Shown piece by piece: positions 38,943 through 47,077 of a stretch of 61,131 nucleotides of DNA. The position numbers were made by a program, and so were the translations under genes. The notes under the pieces are model-generated. The model ran no database searches, was not told the origin of the DNA, and saw only the letters and a list, made by a program, of their open reading frames with translations. The stretch covers positions 1 through 61,131 of the forward strand of contig JAHJTB010000059.1 in NCBI GenBank assembly GCA_018830135.1. The letters run 5' to 3'. This DNA is from Pseudomonadota bacterium. GTDB lineage: Bacteria; Desulfobacterota; Desulfarculia; Adiutricales; JAGVGV01. The first letter of the stretch is position 1. Each line of letters starts with the position of its first letter.

Positions 38943-40277
38943 TTAGCGGGCGGCGTCCGTCTTTTCTCGACCGGCCTGCATTTTGACGATGGGCGAAACA
39001 CCCTTGATCTGTTGGTCGGGCACGGCGCTGGCCGCGTCCCGGGCCGCGGTCATGAAGATGCCGATGGCCATGGTCGAGGTTTCGGCTCCGGCCCGGGCCG
39101 TGTAAACTCGCTGGACGGCCTCGAAGACCCGGTCGCTGTCGGGCTCGGCCAGCTTGGCCCAGTCGGCCAGGTGACAGGCCAGGCGATGATCGCCCCGGCC
39201 CGACAGTTCCAGTGCCCGGGCGGTCAGTTTGTCCGCGCCGCCGGCCAGCCGGGCGATCTCGCCGGCCTGGGCCTGCTCCGGGGCCGGCTTGAGGTGGGAG
39301 GGCGTGCCGTCGTACCAGCCGCCGTACAACCGCCAGATATTGCGAACGATGAACTCGGGCTCGTCATACACCGGCCGGAGGTAGGGCTTCTCGATGAGGT
39401 CCGCCGGCGCCTTGACCTCGTGGAGGACCTGGTCCAGGGAGGCGCCCTGATTCATCAGGGCCAGGGTCTGATCGTGGAGGGATTCGAGCAGGGCCGCGGT
39501 GTCCTGGAGAGCCTGGCGGACACGATCGGCCCCCAGAATCGGCCAGCCGTGACCCGGAAGGAGAATTTCGGGTTCGAGGTCGGCCATTTCCCGCAGGGCC
39601 GCGGCCCAGTCCCGGGCGTAGCGCTGGACCTTCTGCGGGTTGCCCGCGTTGGGCACGGCGTAGATGAACAGGTCCCCGGTGCACAGGACCCGGGTGTCCG
39701 GGAAAAAGACCCAGGTATGGTCGTCGGTCTCGCCCCGGGCGTGGCGAAGCAGGACCCGCACCCCGCCGACCCGGACGGTCAGGCGGTCCTCGTATATGAT
39801 GTCCGGCTCATGGTAGTCCAGAGGCCAGACGGCCCGCCCCGAGCCGCCGGCGAACTGGCGGCCGTTGATGATGCCGTTCCAGGAGGCGCTTTCCCGGTAG
39901 CGACGGAACCGGGCCGGCATGGCGGCCTGGCCCACGGCCTTGGGACGCGGCCAGCCCCGGGCCACGCTTTCCTGGATGTAATACGGCATTCCGAAAACAT
40001 GGTCCACGTGACCGTGGGTGAAAACCGCCGTGTTCAGGCGGGGTTCGACCACGGATCGGATCGCCTCGAAGCGGACCTGGGCGTCGAAATAGGCGCCCGG
40101 ATCGACCATGATCAGGCCTTCCTCGGTCTCGCGCAGGACGGTCCCGGAAAAGCCTTTGTAGAACCAGGTCTTCTCGGCCACCTGTTCGATACCGAAGGGG
40201 CGGCCCAGAGGGTGATGAGTGGTCGTGTCGGCCCGGCCGGACCAGACCGCTTCAGCCGCGTTCAGGACTTCTCCCAT
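38943..40277 (-). CDS. metallo-beta-lactamase-fold alkylsulfatase-like protein (tandem paralog B)
   Basis: 444 aa with GGAGG Shine-Dalgarno. FTHGHVDH, PNAGNPQKVQRY and YGGWYDGTPSHLKPAPE. It shares long identical runs with paralog A. Confidence 0.8.
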   Translation of the reverse strand: MGEVLNAAEAVWSGRADTTTHHPLGRPFGIEQVAEKTWFYKGFSGTVLRETEEGLIMVDPGAYFDAQVRFEAIRSVVEPRLNTAVFTHGHVDHVFGMPYYIQESVARGWPRPKAVGQAAMPARFRRYRESASWNGIINGRQFAGGSGRAVWPLDYHEPDIIYEDRLTVRVGGVRVLLRHARGETDDHTWVFFPDTRVLCTGDLFIYAVPNAGNPQKVQRYARDWAAALREMADLEPEILLPGHGWPILGADRVRQALQDTAALLESLHDQTLALMNQGASLDQVLHEVKAPADLIEKPYLRPVYDEPEFIVRNIWRLYGGWYDGTPSHLKPAPEQAQAGEIARLAGGADKLTARALELSGRGDHRLACHLADWAKLAEPDSDRVFEAVQRVYTARAGAETSTMAIGIFMTAARDAASAVPDQQIKGVSPIVKMQAGREKTDAAR

Positions 40278-40346
40278 GGGTTGCCTCCATTGGTTCGGTC
40301 GATCCGGATTTCGTGAATCTGTTTCAGGTGTATGACAGACATGAAC

Positions 40347-41801
40347 TCACCCGCCCCTCAGAGTCAACATGAAATTCCGTAGCCGCTCGAAAAGCTCCCG
40401 GCCCTCCTCCGGCCTGGCCCCCAGGAGATTGTCTTGCTGGAAGGGGTCCCGACGGCGGTCGTACAACTCGTTGCCCTTGGGCGTTTCGGCCACGCTGCCC
40501 GGGGTGCAGGTCCAGATTTCGGTATTCTCCGCCACCCGGGTGAAGCCGTACATGGACATGACCTTGATCGGGTCGCTGACCTCCTTGTGGTCCAGCCAGT
40601 TGATGTAGGACCAGTCCTCGGTGACGATGCTCCAGGAAAAATTGTGATAGCCGGTCACGGCAAAGTCCCGGACCCTGTCCGTCTCCCCTTTCATGACAGG
40701 CAGCAGGCTCCGGCCGTGCATCGAGCCGGTCTTGTCGGCCAGGCCCAAAAAGTCCAGGACCGTGGGCGCGATGTCCACCGTCTGGACGAAGGAGGAGACC
40801 CGGGCCCTGGGGAGGTCGGGGTGGCGAATAATCAGGGGGATGTGGGACAGCTCCTCGTAGGGCCAGGGGCGGCACTTGCGGATGATGCCGTGACCGTGGA
40901 GCCCATTGCCCAGGGGCTGGCCATGGTCGGAAATGAAGACGATCAGGGAGTCGTCGTACAGGTCCAGGTCCTTGAGCTTGTCGATGACCCGGCCCAGCCA
41001 TTTGTCGACCATGGTCACCTTTTCGGCATAGAGCATCCGGATGTGGTGGGCCTCCCGGTCGGTCAGATACCAGTCGGCATAGGTCGGCACCGGATTGATG
41101 ATCTCCCGGCCGTCGTAGTCCGGGTCGTAGGGGCACTTCAGGTTGGGGTCCCAGACCGAAGGCGGGTCCCAGGGCTCGTGAGGATCGAAACAGTCCAGCC
41201 ACAACAGAAACGGGCGGCCCCGGTCCACGCCTTCGAGGTAGTCCATGGCCGCCTTGCAGACCCGGGCCGCCATCTGGTGCTCGTCGGTCAGCCAGAACTG
41301 CCGCTGGGGCAAGTAGTCGAACAACTCGTCGCGGGCATGGTGGCTGGCCGGTATCTCCCGGTTCGGATGTTCCGGGTCGCAGGCCGGCTTGTGATACCGG
41401 TCCACGTCGATCGAGAGGGGGTCGTGCCTGAAAAAGTGGTCGAACTGCTGGCCCCGGAAGTAGCGGACGAAATCAAAACCCCGCTCGTATCCGTACCCCG
41501 GCATGTGCATGGGCGCGGTGTCGGTGATCAGGGCGCTGTAAATGCTCTGGGACCAAAGGATGTCCGGAATGCTCAGGTCCTCGGGCAGCAGGGGCCCCCA
41601 GCCCCGAAAGGGCAGCGTATAACGGCCGGTCAACAAGGCCCGGCGGGTGGGGATGGTCGGACAGCCTTCCGCGTACGCGTTTTCGAAAAGCACGGCCTCC
41701 GCGGCCAGCCGGTCGATGTTGGGCGTCTGGATCCACTCGTTGCCGTAACACCCCAGATAATCGAACCGCCAGGTGTCGGCCACAATAACGATGACGTTCA
41801 T
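40347..41801 (-). CDS. sulfatase-fold (alkaline-phosphatase superfamily) protein with non-canonical active-site motif
   Basis: 484 aa from ATG 41801 (MNVIVIVADTWRFD) with GGGAGAG Shine-Dalgarno. TPNIDRLA and FISDHG are present. C-P-T-I-P-T-R-R-A-L-L-T-G-R replaces the canonical C/S-x-P-x-R. No signal peptide. The 942-aa track ORF is an artefactual upstream extension. Confidence 0.8.
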   Translation of the reverse strand: MNVIVIVADTWRFDYLGCYGNEWIQTPNIDRLAAEAVLFENAYAEGCPTIPTRRALLTGRYTLPFRGWGPLLPEDLSIPDILWSQSIYSALITDTAPMHMPGYGYERGFDFVRYFRGQQFDHFFRHDPLSIDVDRYHKPACDPEHPNREIPASHHARDELFDYLPQRQFWLTDEHQMAARVCKAAMDYLEGVDRGRPFLLWLDCFDPHEPWDPPSVWDPNLKCPYDPDYDGREIINPVPTYADWYLTDREAHHIRMLYAEKVTMVDKWLGRVIDKLKDLDLYDDSLIVFISDHGQPLGNGLHGHGIIRKCRPWPYEELSHIPLIIRHPDLPRARVSSFVQTVDIAPTVLDFLGLADKTGSMHGRSLLPVMKGETDRVRDFAVTGYHNFSWSIVTEDWSYINWLDHKEVSDPIKVMSMYGFTRVAENTEIWTCTPGSVAETPKGNELYDRRRDPFQQDNLLGARPEEGRELFERLRNFMLTLRGG

Positions 41802-42002
41802 AGGCTCTCTCTCCCGCAATTCCGTGATTGGAGGCGGTCCCGAACCGCCCGATCGCGGCCTCCGGCCTCCGGGCCCAGCCCGCCTCCCGGCGTGTTTCCC
41901 CGAACCTGCCTGCCCGGGGCGTGGAACCGCATTCCTTTCCGGCGCGTTGCCGGTCAACGTTTCGGTCCTGGCATGTCGGGGACGGGCGATCTCTTCTTCA
42001 CA

Positions 42003-42018
42003 TGCGCGAATCGTGCCA
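42003..42018 (-). promoter_or_regulatory. sigma-54 promoter candidate for the sulfatase/MBL/TRAP cluster
   Basis: The minus strand reads TGGCAC-GATTC-GCGC(A), matching TGGCAC-N5-TTGC in the -24 hexamer, the spacing and the -12 GC. It is about 200 nt upstream of ATG 41801 and faces away from the divergent sigma-54 activator gene. Confidence 0.4.
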
Positions 42019-42080
42019 ATATTGCCTTCTAATGATTTCAAGGTATTATGTTTGGGTATCCTGTCTATCCGCAAAATACC

Positions 42081-42094
42081 ACAGTAAAAACTGT
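42081..42094. promoter_or_regulatory. perfect palindrome in AT-rich tract (candidate activator or IHF region)
   Basis: ACAGTAAAAACTGT lies about 65-75 nt upstream of the -24 element, inside the most AT-rich part of the divergent intergenic region. Confidence 0.25.
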
Positions 42095-42164
42095 TGTTAT
42101 TTGATAAATCTGTTAATATGCCCCTAATCAGGATGCCACGAACGTCGGACCGGAGGATGATGGA

Positions 42165-43706
42165 ATGCCGGTGGACGAAAACGCCTTTTTTCGGGAAGCC
42201 ACGTTGCGCGTCTGCGGGAGCCTGGACGTCGACAAGGCCCTGTGGCGTTGTTTCATGTTCATCCGGGACTACATTCCGGCGGACCGGCTCTGTCTGAATT
42301 TTTTCAACATCGAGACCTTGACGACCCGGGTTTTCGCCTCGGCCGACCCGAGCGGCGGCCGGTACGTGGACCTGCGAATTCCCGTGGACCGGGAACAGTT
42401 GGAAATCATGCGGGACCGCCGTCAGTTTCCCGACCTCATGATTATCAACCGACCGGCGCCGGGTTCGATCGCGGCCGAATACCTCGAGGCCCTCGGGAAC
42501 GGAGCCGCGTCGCTGATCACCATGCGCCTTCGTCTGGAAGGGAAGTTGATGGGCAACGTCACGGCCGTGGCCAATGAGCGGAACCGGTTTTCCCAACACC
42601 ATGCGCACCTGCTGTCTCTGCTCAACGATCCCTGGGCCATTGCCCTGACCAACAGCCGGCGCTACCAGGAACTGGTCGAGCTCAAGGAACGCCTGGCGGA
42701 CGACAACCGGTTTCTTCACGGCGAGTTGCGTCGGAGGGCCAAGACGGAGATCATCGGCGCGGAAATGGGTCTGAAGGAAGTCTTCAGCCTGGTCCGGCAG
42801 GTGGCCCCGATGTCCAGCCCGGTGCTGTTGCTCGGGGAGACGGGCTCGGGCAAGGAGATCATGGCCCGGGCCATTCATCAGATGTCCGCTCGGGCCGAAG
42901 GGCCGTTCGTCAAGGTGGACTGCGGGGCGATACCCGATACGCTGATGGACAGCGAGCTGTTCGGCCATGAAAAAGGGGCGTTCACCGGGGCTCACGCCCT
43001 GAAGCGGGGCCGTTTCGAGCGGGCCCAGGGGGGGACGATTTTTCTGGACGAGATCGGCGAGTTGTCTCCCGAGGCCCAGGTCCGGCTGCTGCGGGTGCTT
43101 CAGGACCGGGAGGTCGAACGAGTGGGCGGCAGCGGCCCCATTCAGGTGGACATCCGGGTTCTGGCCGCTACCCACCGGGCTCTGGAGGCCATGGTCGCCT
43201 CGGGCCGGTTCCGGGAGGACCTTTATTATCGGCTGCGGGTCTTTCCCGTCCGCATCCCGCCGCTCCGGGAGCGCAGGTCGGACATTCCGGCGCTGGTCGA
43301 CTATTTCATCCGGAAAAAGTGTCTGGACCTGGGGCGCCCGGAATCACCCGGCCTGGCCTCCGGCGCTCTGGACCGAATCCTGGCCCACGACTGGCCGGGC
43401 AACGTCCGGGAGCTTGAGCATGCCGTGGAGCGGGAACTCATCATCCGACAGGGCGCCCTGCTGATGTTCGCCGATCTGGAATCAACGGCTCTTGGACCGG
43501 AGCGGGCTGACCGGTTGGCGGATTCGGATGACCTGGACCTGGACATGGTCATGGCCAGGCATATCGAGCAGGTGCTTCAAAGGACGAACGGCCGGGTGGA
43601 AGGGGAGCGGGGCGCGGCCCGCCTGCTGGGAGTCAATCCCGGCACGCTCCGTTACCGCATGCGTAAGCTGGGCGTGCCCTTCGGACGAAAGGGCCGCGAC
43701 CGCTGA
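42165..43706 (+). CDS. sigma-54-dependent transcriptional activator, GAF-AAA+-HTH
   Basis: 513 aa. N-terminal GAF-like sensor, Walker A GETGSGKE, intact GAFTGA loop ([13 protein letters not shown]), Walker [10 protein letters not shown] and a C-terminal Fis-type HTH. GGAGG Shine-Dalgarno. Confidence 0.9.
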   Translation: MPVDENAFFREATLRVCGSLDVDKALWRCFMFIRDYIPADRLCLNFFNIETLTTRVFASADPSGGRYVDLRIPVDREQLEIMRDRRQFPDLMIINRPAPGSIAAEYLEALGNGAASLITMRLRLEGKLMGNVTAVANERNRFSQHHAHLLSLLNDPWAIALTNSRRYQELVELKERLADDNRFLHGELRRRAKTEIIGAEMGLKEVFSLVRQVAPMSSPVLLLGETGSGKEIMARAIHQMSARAEGPFVKVDCGAIPDTLMDSELFGHEKGAFTGAHALKRGRFERAQGGTIFLDEIGELSPEAQVRLLRVLQDREVERVGGSGPIQVDIRVLAATHRALEAMVASGRFREDLYYRLRVFPVRIPPLRERRSDIPALVDYFIRKKCLDLGRPESPGLASGALDRILAHDWPGNVRELEHAVERELIIRQGALLMFADLESTALGPERADRLADSDDLDLDMVMARHIEQVLQRTNGRVEGERGAARLLGVNPGTLRYRMRKLGVPFGRKGRDR

Positions 43707-43735
43707 ACCGCATCGAGAACCGGAGGCCTTGACGG

Positions 43736-44923
43736 ATGACCGAGCCCGGCCGCCCGAACCGACGGATCATCCATCTGGACATGGATGCCTTTTACGCCTC
43801 GGTCGAGGTCCTGGACGACCCCGCCCTGAAAGGCCGGCCGGTCATTGTCGGCGGCCGGAACTGGCGCGGCGTGGTTTCGGCCGCCTCGTACGAGGCCAGG
43901 GCCTTCGGCGTCCATTCGGCCCAACCCATCGCCACGGCCATGAAGCTGTGTCCCCAAGGCGTCTATCTCCGACCGCGCCTCGAACGATACAAGGAAATAT
44001 CGGATCAGATTTTAGAAATATTCAGGACCTACACGCCCCTGGTCGAACCCCTGTCCCTGGACGAGGCCTTTCTGGACGTGACCGATTCGGTCCGTCTGTT
44101 CGGCGACCCGGTCGATATTGCCCGGACGATCAAGCAACGGGTCCGGGCGGAAGTCGGGCTGACGGTTTCCGCCGGCGTGGCCCCGGCCAAGTTCCTGGCC
44201 AAGATCGCGTCGGACCTGGAAAAGCCGGACGGCCTGACCGTGGTCACGGCGGACCGGGTCCGTGAGTTTCTCGAACCCCTGCCCATCGACAGGCTCTGGG
44301 GCGTGGGCCGGACCACCCGACAGGCTCTGGCCCTGATCGGTGTCGAAACCATGGGCGACCTGGCCCGGCTGTCTCCCGACCTCCTGGCCCGGAAGTTCGG
44401 AAAACACGGCCTGCATCTGCACCGGTTGAGCCAGGGGCTGGACGACCGGGCAGTCGAGCCCGATCAGACGGTCAAGTCGATCGGCGCGGAGGAGACCTTC
44501 CCCAAAGACCTGACCGCCCCGGACGCGGCCCGCCGGGAAATCCTGTGGCTGGTCACCCGCGCGGGCCGGCGTATGCGCCGGCACGCCTTCCTCTGTCGCA
44601 CCGTGTCCCTCAAGGTCAAATATGCGGACTTCACCCAGGTCACCCGCGCCGAGACCCTGCCTCATCCCACGGACCAGGGACGGGTCATCTACCAGGCCCT
44701 GGTCAGGCTGATGGACAAGACGGCCGTGGGGCAGCACCCGGTCAGACTCCTGGGCGTCTCCCTGTCCCAGCTCGTCATTCCTCACGAGGACAAACAGGCG
44801 TCCCTTTTTCAGGTGCAGGGGGAGGAGCAAAAGGGAAGAGAACTCGACCAGGCCATGGATCGCATTTCGCAAAAATTCGGACCTCGGGCCATCCTGCCGG
44901 CCACCCTGCTCGAAGAGGAATGA
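43736..44923 (+). CDS. dinB: DNA polymerase IV
   Basis: 395 aa. IHLDMDAFYASVE, SYEARAFGV and SLDEAFLDV are Y-family motifs. Confidence 0.95.
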   Translation: MTEPGRPNRRIIHLDMDAFYASVEVLDDPALKGRPVIVGGRNWRGVVSAASYEARAFGVHSAQPIATAMKLCPQGVYLRPRLERYKEISDQILEIFRTYTPLVEPLSLDEAFLDVTDSVRLFGDPVDIARTIKQRVRAEVGLTVSAGVAPAKFLAKIASDLEKPDGLTVVTADRVREFLEPLPIDRLWGVGRTTRQALALIGVETMGDLARLSPDLLARKFGKHGLHLHRLSQGLDDRAVEPDQTVKSIGAEETFPKDLTAPDAARREILWLVTRAGRRMRRHAFLCRTVSLKVKYADFTQVTRAETLPHPTDQGRVIYQALVRLMDKTAVGQHPVRLLGVSLSQLVIPHEDKQASLFQVQGEEQKGRELDQAMDRISQKFGPRAILPATLLEEE

Positions 44924-45080
44924 CGACTACTTCGCCGCGGCGATAAGGGCGATTGGAAACGAGAAGGGGAAGGGAGGGCGAAGCCGGGGCCACTTCCGGC
45001 TGAAGCCGGGAGACGGCAAGGCCGGTAGCGGCCGGTTCGGGCCTGCACCATTACGCGGCCGGGTCTGCTTACGGGAATTT

Positions 45081-45422
45081 TTACCACCGTATCAGCATCA
45101 AGCAACTCGATGCCCATTCGACGACGCTCATTTTGCCGTAGCCTTTATCCGATGTGGCATCATTGATGCATTCGACAAGCTTAACGGCATACGGTTTCAA
45201 GATATCAATAGAACCGTCAATCTGAATTTTCGCTTTCGCCTGGGGCGTGGTCAGCAGCCAATCCGCCGCGGTAGCCAGTTTGTTCTCGTAAGTCGCCTTA
45301 TTCCATTCGGCAACGGATGCTTTATGCAAGGTGCCATTTTCATACCAATGGCTCCCCGCGATACATGTCGAGGAACTGGTCATAATAAAGACAAGTAACA
45401 AAAATGAGATGTGAAATTTCAT
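45081..45422 (-). CDS. hypothetical small secreted protein
   Basis: 113 aa from ATG 45422 (MKFHISFLLLVFIMTSSSTCIAG, signal-like) with GGAG Shine-Dalgarno 7 nt upstream. Visibly lower GC than its neighbours. I recognise no domain. Confidence 0.5.
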   Translation of the reverse strand: MKFHISFLLLVFIMTSSSTCIAGSHWYENGTLHKASVAEWNKATYENKLATAADWLLTTPQAKAKIQIDGSIDILKPYAVKLVECINDATSDKGYGKMSVVEWASSCLMLIRW

Positions 45423-46120
45423 GCTCCCGCTCCGTACATGGTTTCGGAAGGATTTCCAATCAGGGAATTGCATTCCGTTGGTGAACGCCGGTGGAGATGG
45501 AGCTGATTGGGAATGAGGAATCATCATCGCGTATTTCCGAATCATTCGATTCGGCCACGGGGCTCTTGATTCCGAATCCCGCCCAGCACATTGCACTATT
45601 TGAATACAACCGACCTCAATCGGAAGGCTTCCGGCAATTCGGCCCCAGACCTTAGTGCAATATATTATTTCTTCAATTTACTCTAATTCAACAAAATCCT
45701 CCCTGTCAAACAATTCTCATCCGCAAGATCAAAGAAAATTAGTGCAGGAAGGGCATTTACGGATCGGTGAAAGGATGGCTGTTCCTTATCGGGGGCCACA
45801 AACCCGGTAAACCTGTTCCCGGAATCGGTTTGATAAAATTCGTTCGTCTCGGAAAAACTTTGGGTTTTTAACCTGAATATTTCAAACGAATTTCTCAGTC
45901 AGGTCACAAACAAAGACCCGAGGCAGGCGGTCAAAAAACCCTGAAACGCTATATCACCCCCCGCCAGAGAAAACCGGTTTGCCCAGTGGGCTGGCCAGCC
46001 CGGGGGAAACTACTTGAACGGCCTGATTTCAACGGGATATCGATGGACGAAACTCAAAGACAAGAGGATTTTCCAACAAGCTCTAGGCAGGAGAAGCGCC
46101 TGTTCCCCAAGAACGGGGCA

Positions 46121-46152
46121 CGGCCGGGACAGGCAACGGCCCGTCCCGGCCG
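46121..46152 (-). terminator. GC hairpin downstream of the small secreted protein gene
   Basis: CGGCCGGGAC (46121-46130) pairs with GTCCCGGCCG (46143-46152): 10-bp perfect stem, 12-nt loop. No T tract follows on the minus strand. Confidence 0.3.
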
Positions 46153-46161
46153 GAAGGAAGT

Positions 46162-46488
46162 TTATTTTGCTTTCTTGACCATCTTTTTGGCGACCTTGGC
46201 CGGGGCTTCCTTGGCGCTTGTGACCGACAAAATCATGGCGCCCTTTTCACCCTTTTTCATGGCCCCTTTGAGCATGACCTTTTTGCCGACCAGCTTGTCG
46301 AGCTCACCACCCTCGAGCATGTAGACCTTTTTCCCCGCCTTCAACACATAACCCGCGTCGGTTTTTTCCAGCACGCCGGTTACGGTCGAAGCCTTTTCGG
46401 CGGCCATCACGGTCGCGGCGGTCATGGTGACCATGAAGGCAACGGTCAGTACACAAACGAGCATCTTCTTCCAGTTGACTTTAATCAT
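46162..46488 (-). CDS. hypothetical small secreted Lys-rich protein
   Basis: 108 aa from ATG 46488 (MIKVNWKKMLVCVLTVAFMVTMTAATVMA-AE) with AAAGGAG Shine-Dalgarno. Mature part is GYVLKAGKKVYMLEGG...KKVMLKGAMKKGEKGAMILSV with a Lys-rich tail. Confidence 0.55.
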   Translation of the reverse strand: MIKVNWKKMLVCVLTVAFMVTMTAATVMAAEKASTVTGVLEKTDAGYVLKAGKKVYMLEGGELDKLVGKKVMLKGAMKKGEKGAMILSVTSAKEAPAKVAKKMVKKAK

Positions 46489-47077
46489 CTCCTGAAAACT
46501 CCTTTCACTTTTCTTTCCGGCGCCTTGCGCCAATGATTGATGCGTCCGTCCGGGACGCGGTTATATGGGGACGGCGGTCTTCAACGTATGTTCCGGCCGC
46601 TCGAAACCCGGTCTGATAGGCCCCCGCCCGGCCGGTTTGAGATCGATAAGCCATGGGGAACCACTTGTATGGAGACAACGAATTGATTCCGACCTCCGAA
46701 TGGTTTGCGGCATGAGCGTATTGAAGTCAAGATATGTGCCAAATACATAATCTACTGATAATAAAGCGAATAGATATTTTCAGGGTCACTGCTGTCGGAA
46801 ACGAATATTCTCAATACGCCGGACCAGAGAGAAAAATTAGGTTAACGTGCTGATGTAACTTGAAGAAATTGATCGGCGAAACAGATAGGGAAATGAATTT
46901 TCCTATTATTTTCAGGCTAGAGAAGTGAATGTTCACAAAGGGAAGACAGGACGATACAAATGACGATCAGGTTGCTATCGGATCTGATCGGGTCTAAGGT
47001 GAAGAGCCGGCGGCCGATTCATTCGGGGAGCGGCCGCGGGGGGATAAAGGAGAAAGCGTGTTTTCAGGCCGGAATTC

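Noticed and set aside
41802-43175. Upstream 458-codon extension of the 942-aa ORF 40347..43175.
   Set aside because: The extension runs through the AT-rich intergenic region and antisense to the sigma-54 activator gene. The sulfatase-fold domain starts at ATG 41801 (MNVIVIVADTW), which has its own GGGAGAG Shine-Dalgarno.
46925-46936. Palindrome GTGAATGTTCAC, considered as a Rex or CRP/FNR-type operator.
   Set aside because: The half-site spacing is 2 nt. Rex (GTGAA-N4-TTCAC) needs 4 nt and CRP-type sites (GTGA-N6-TCAC) need 6 nt. No adjacent promoter was identified.
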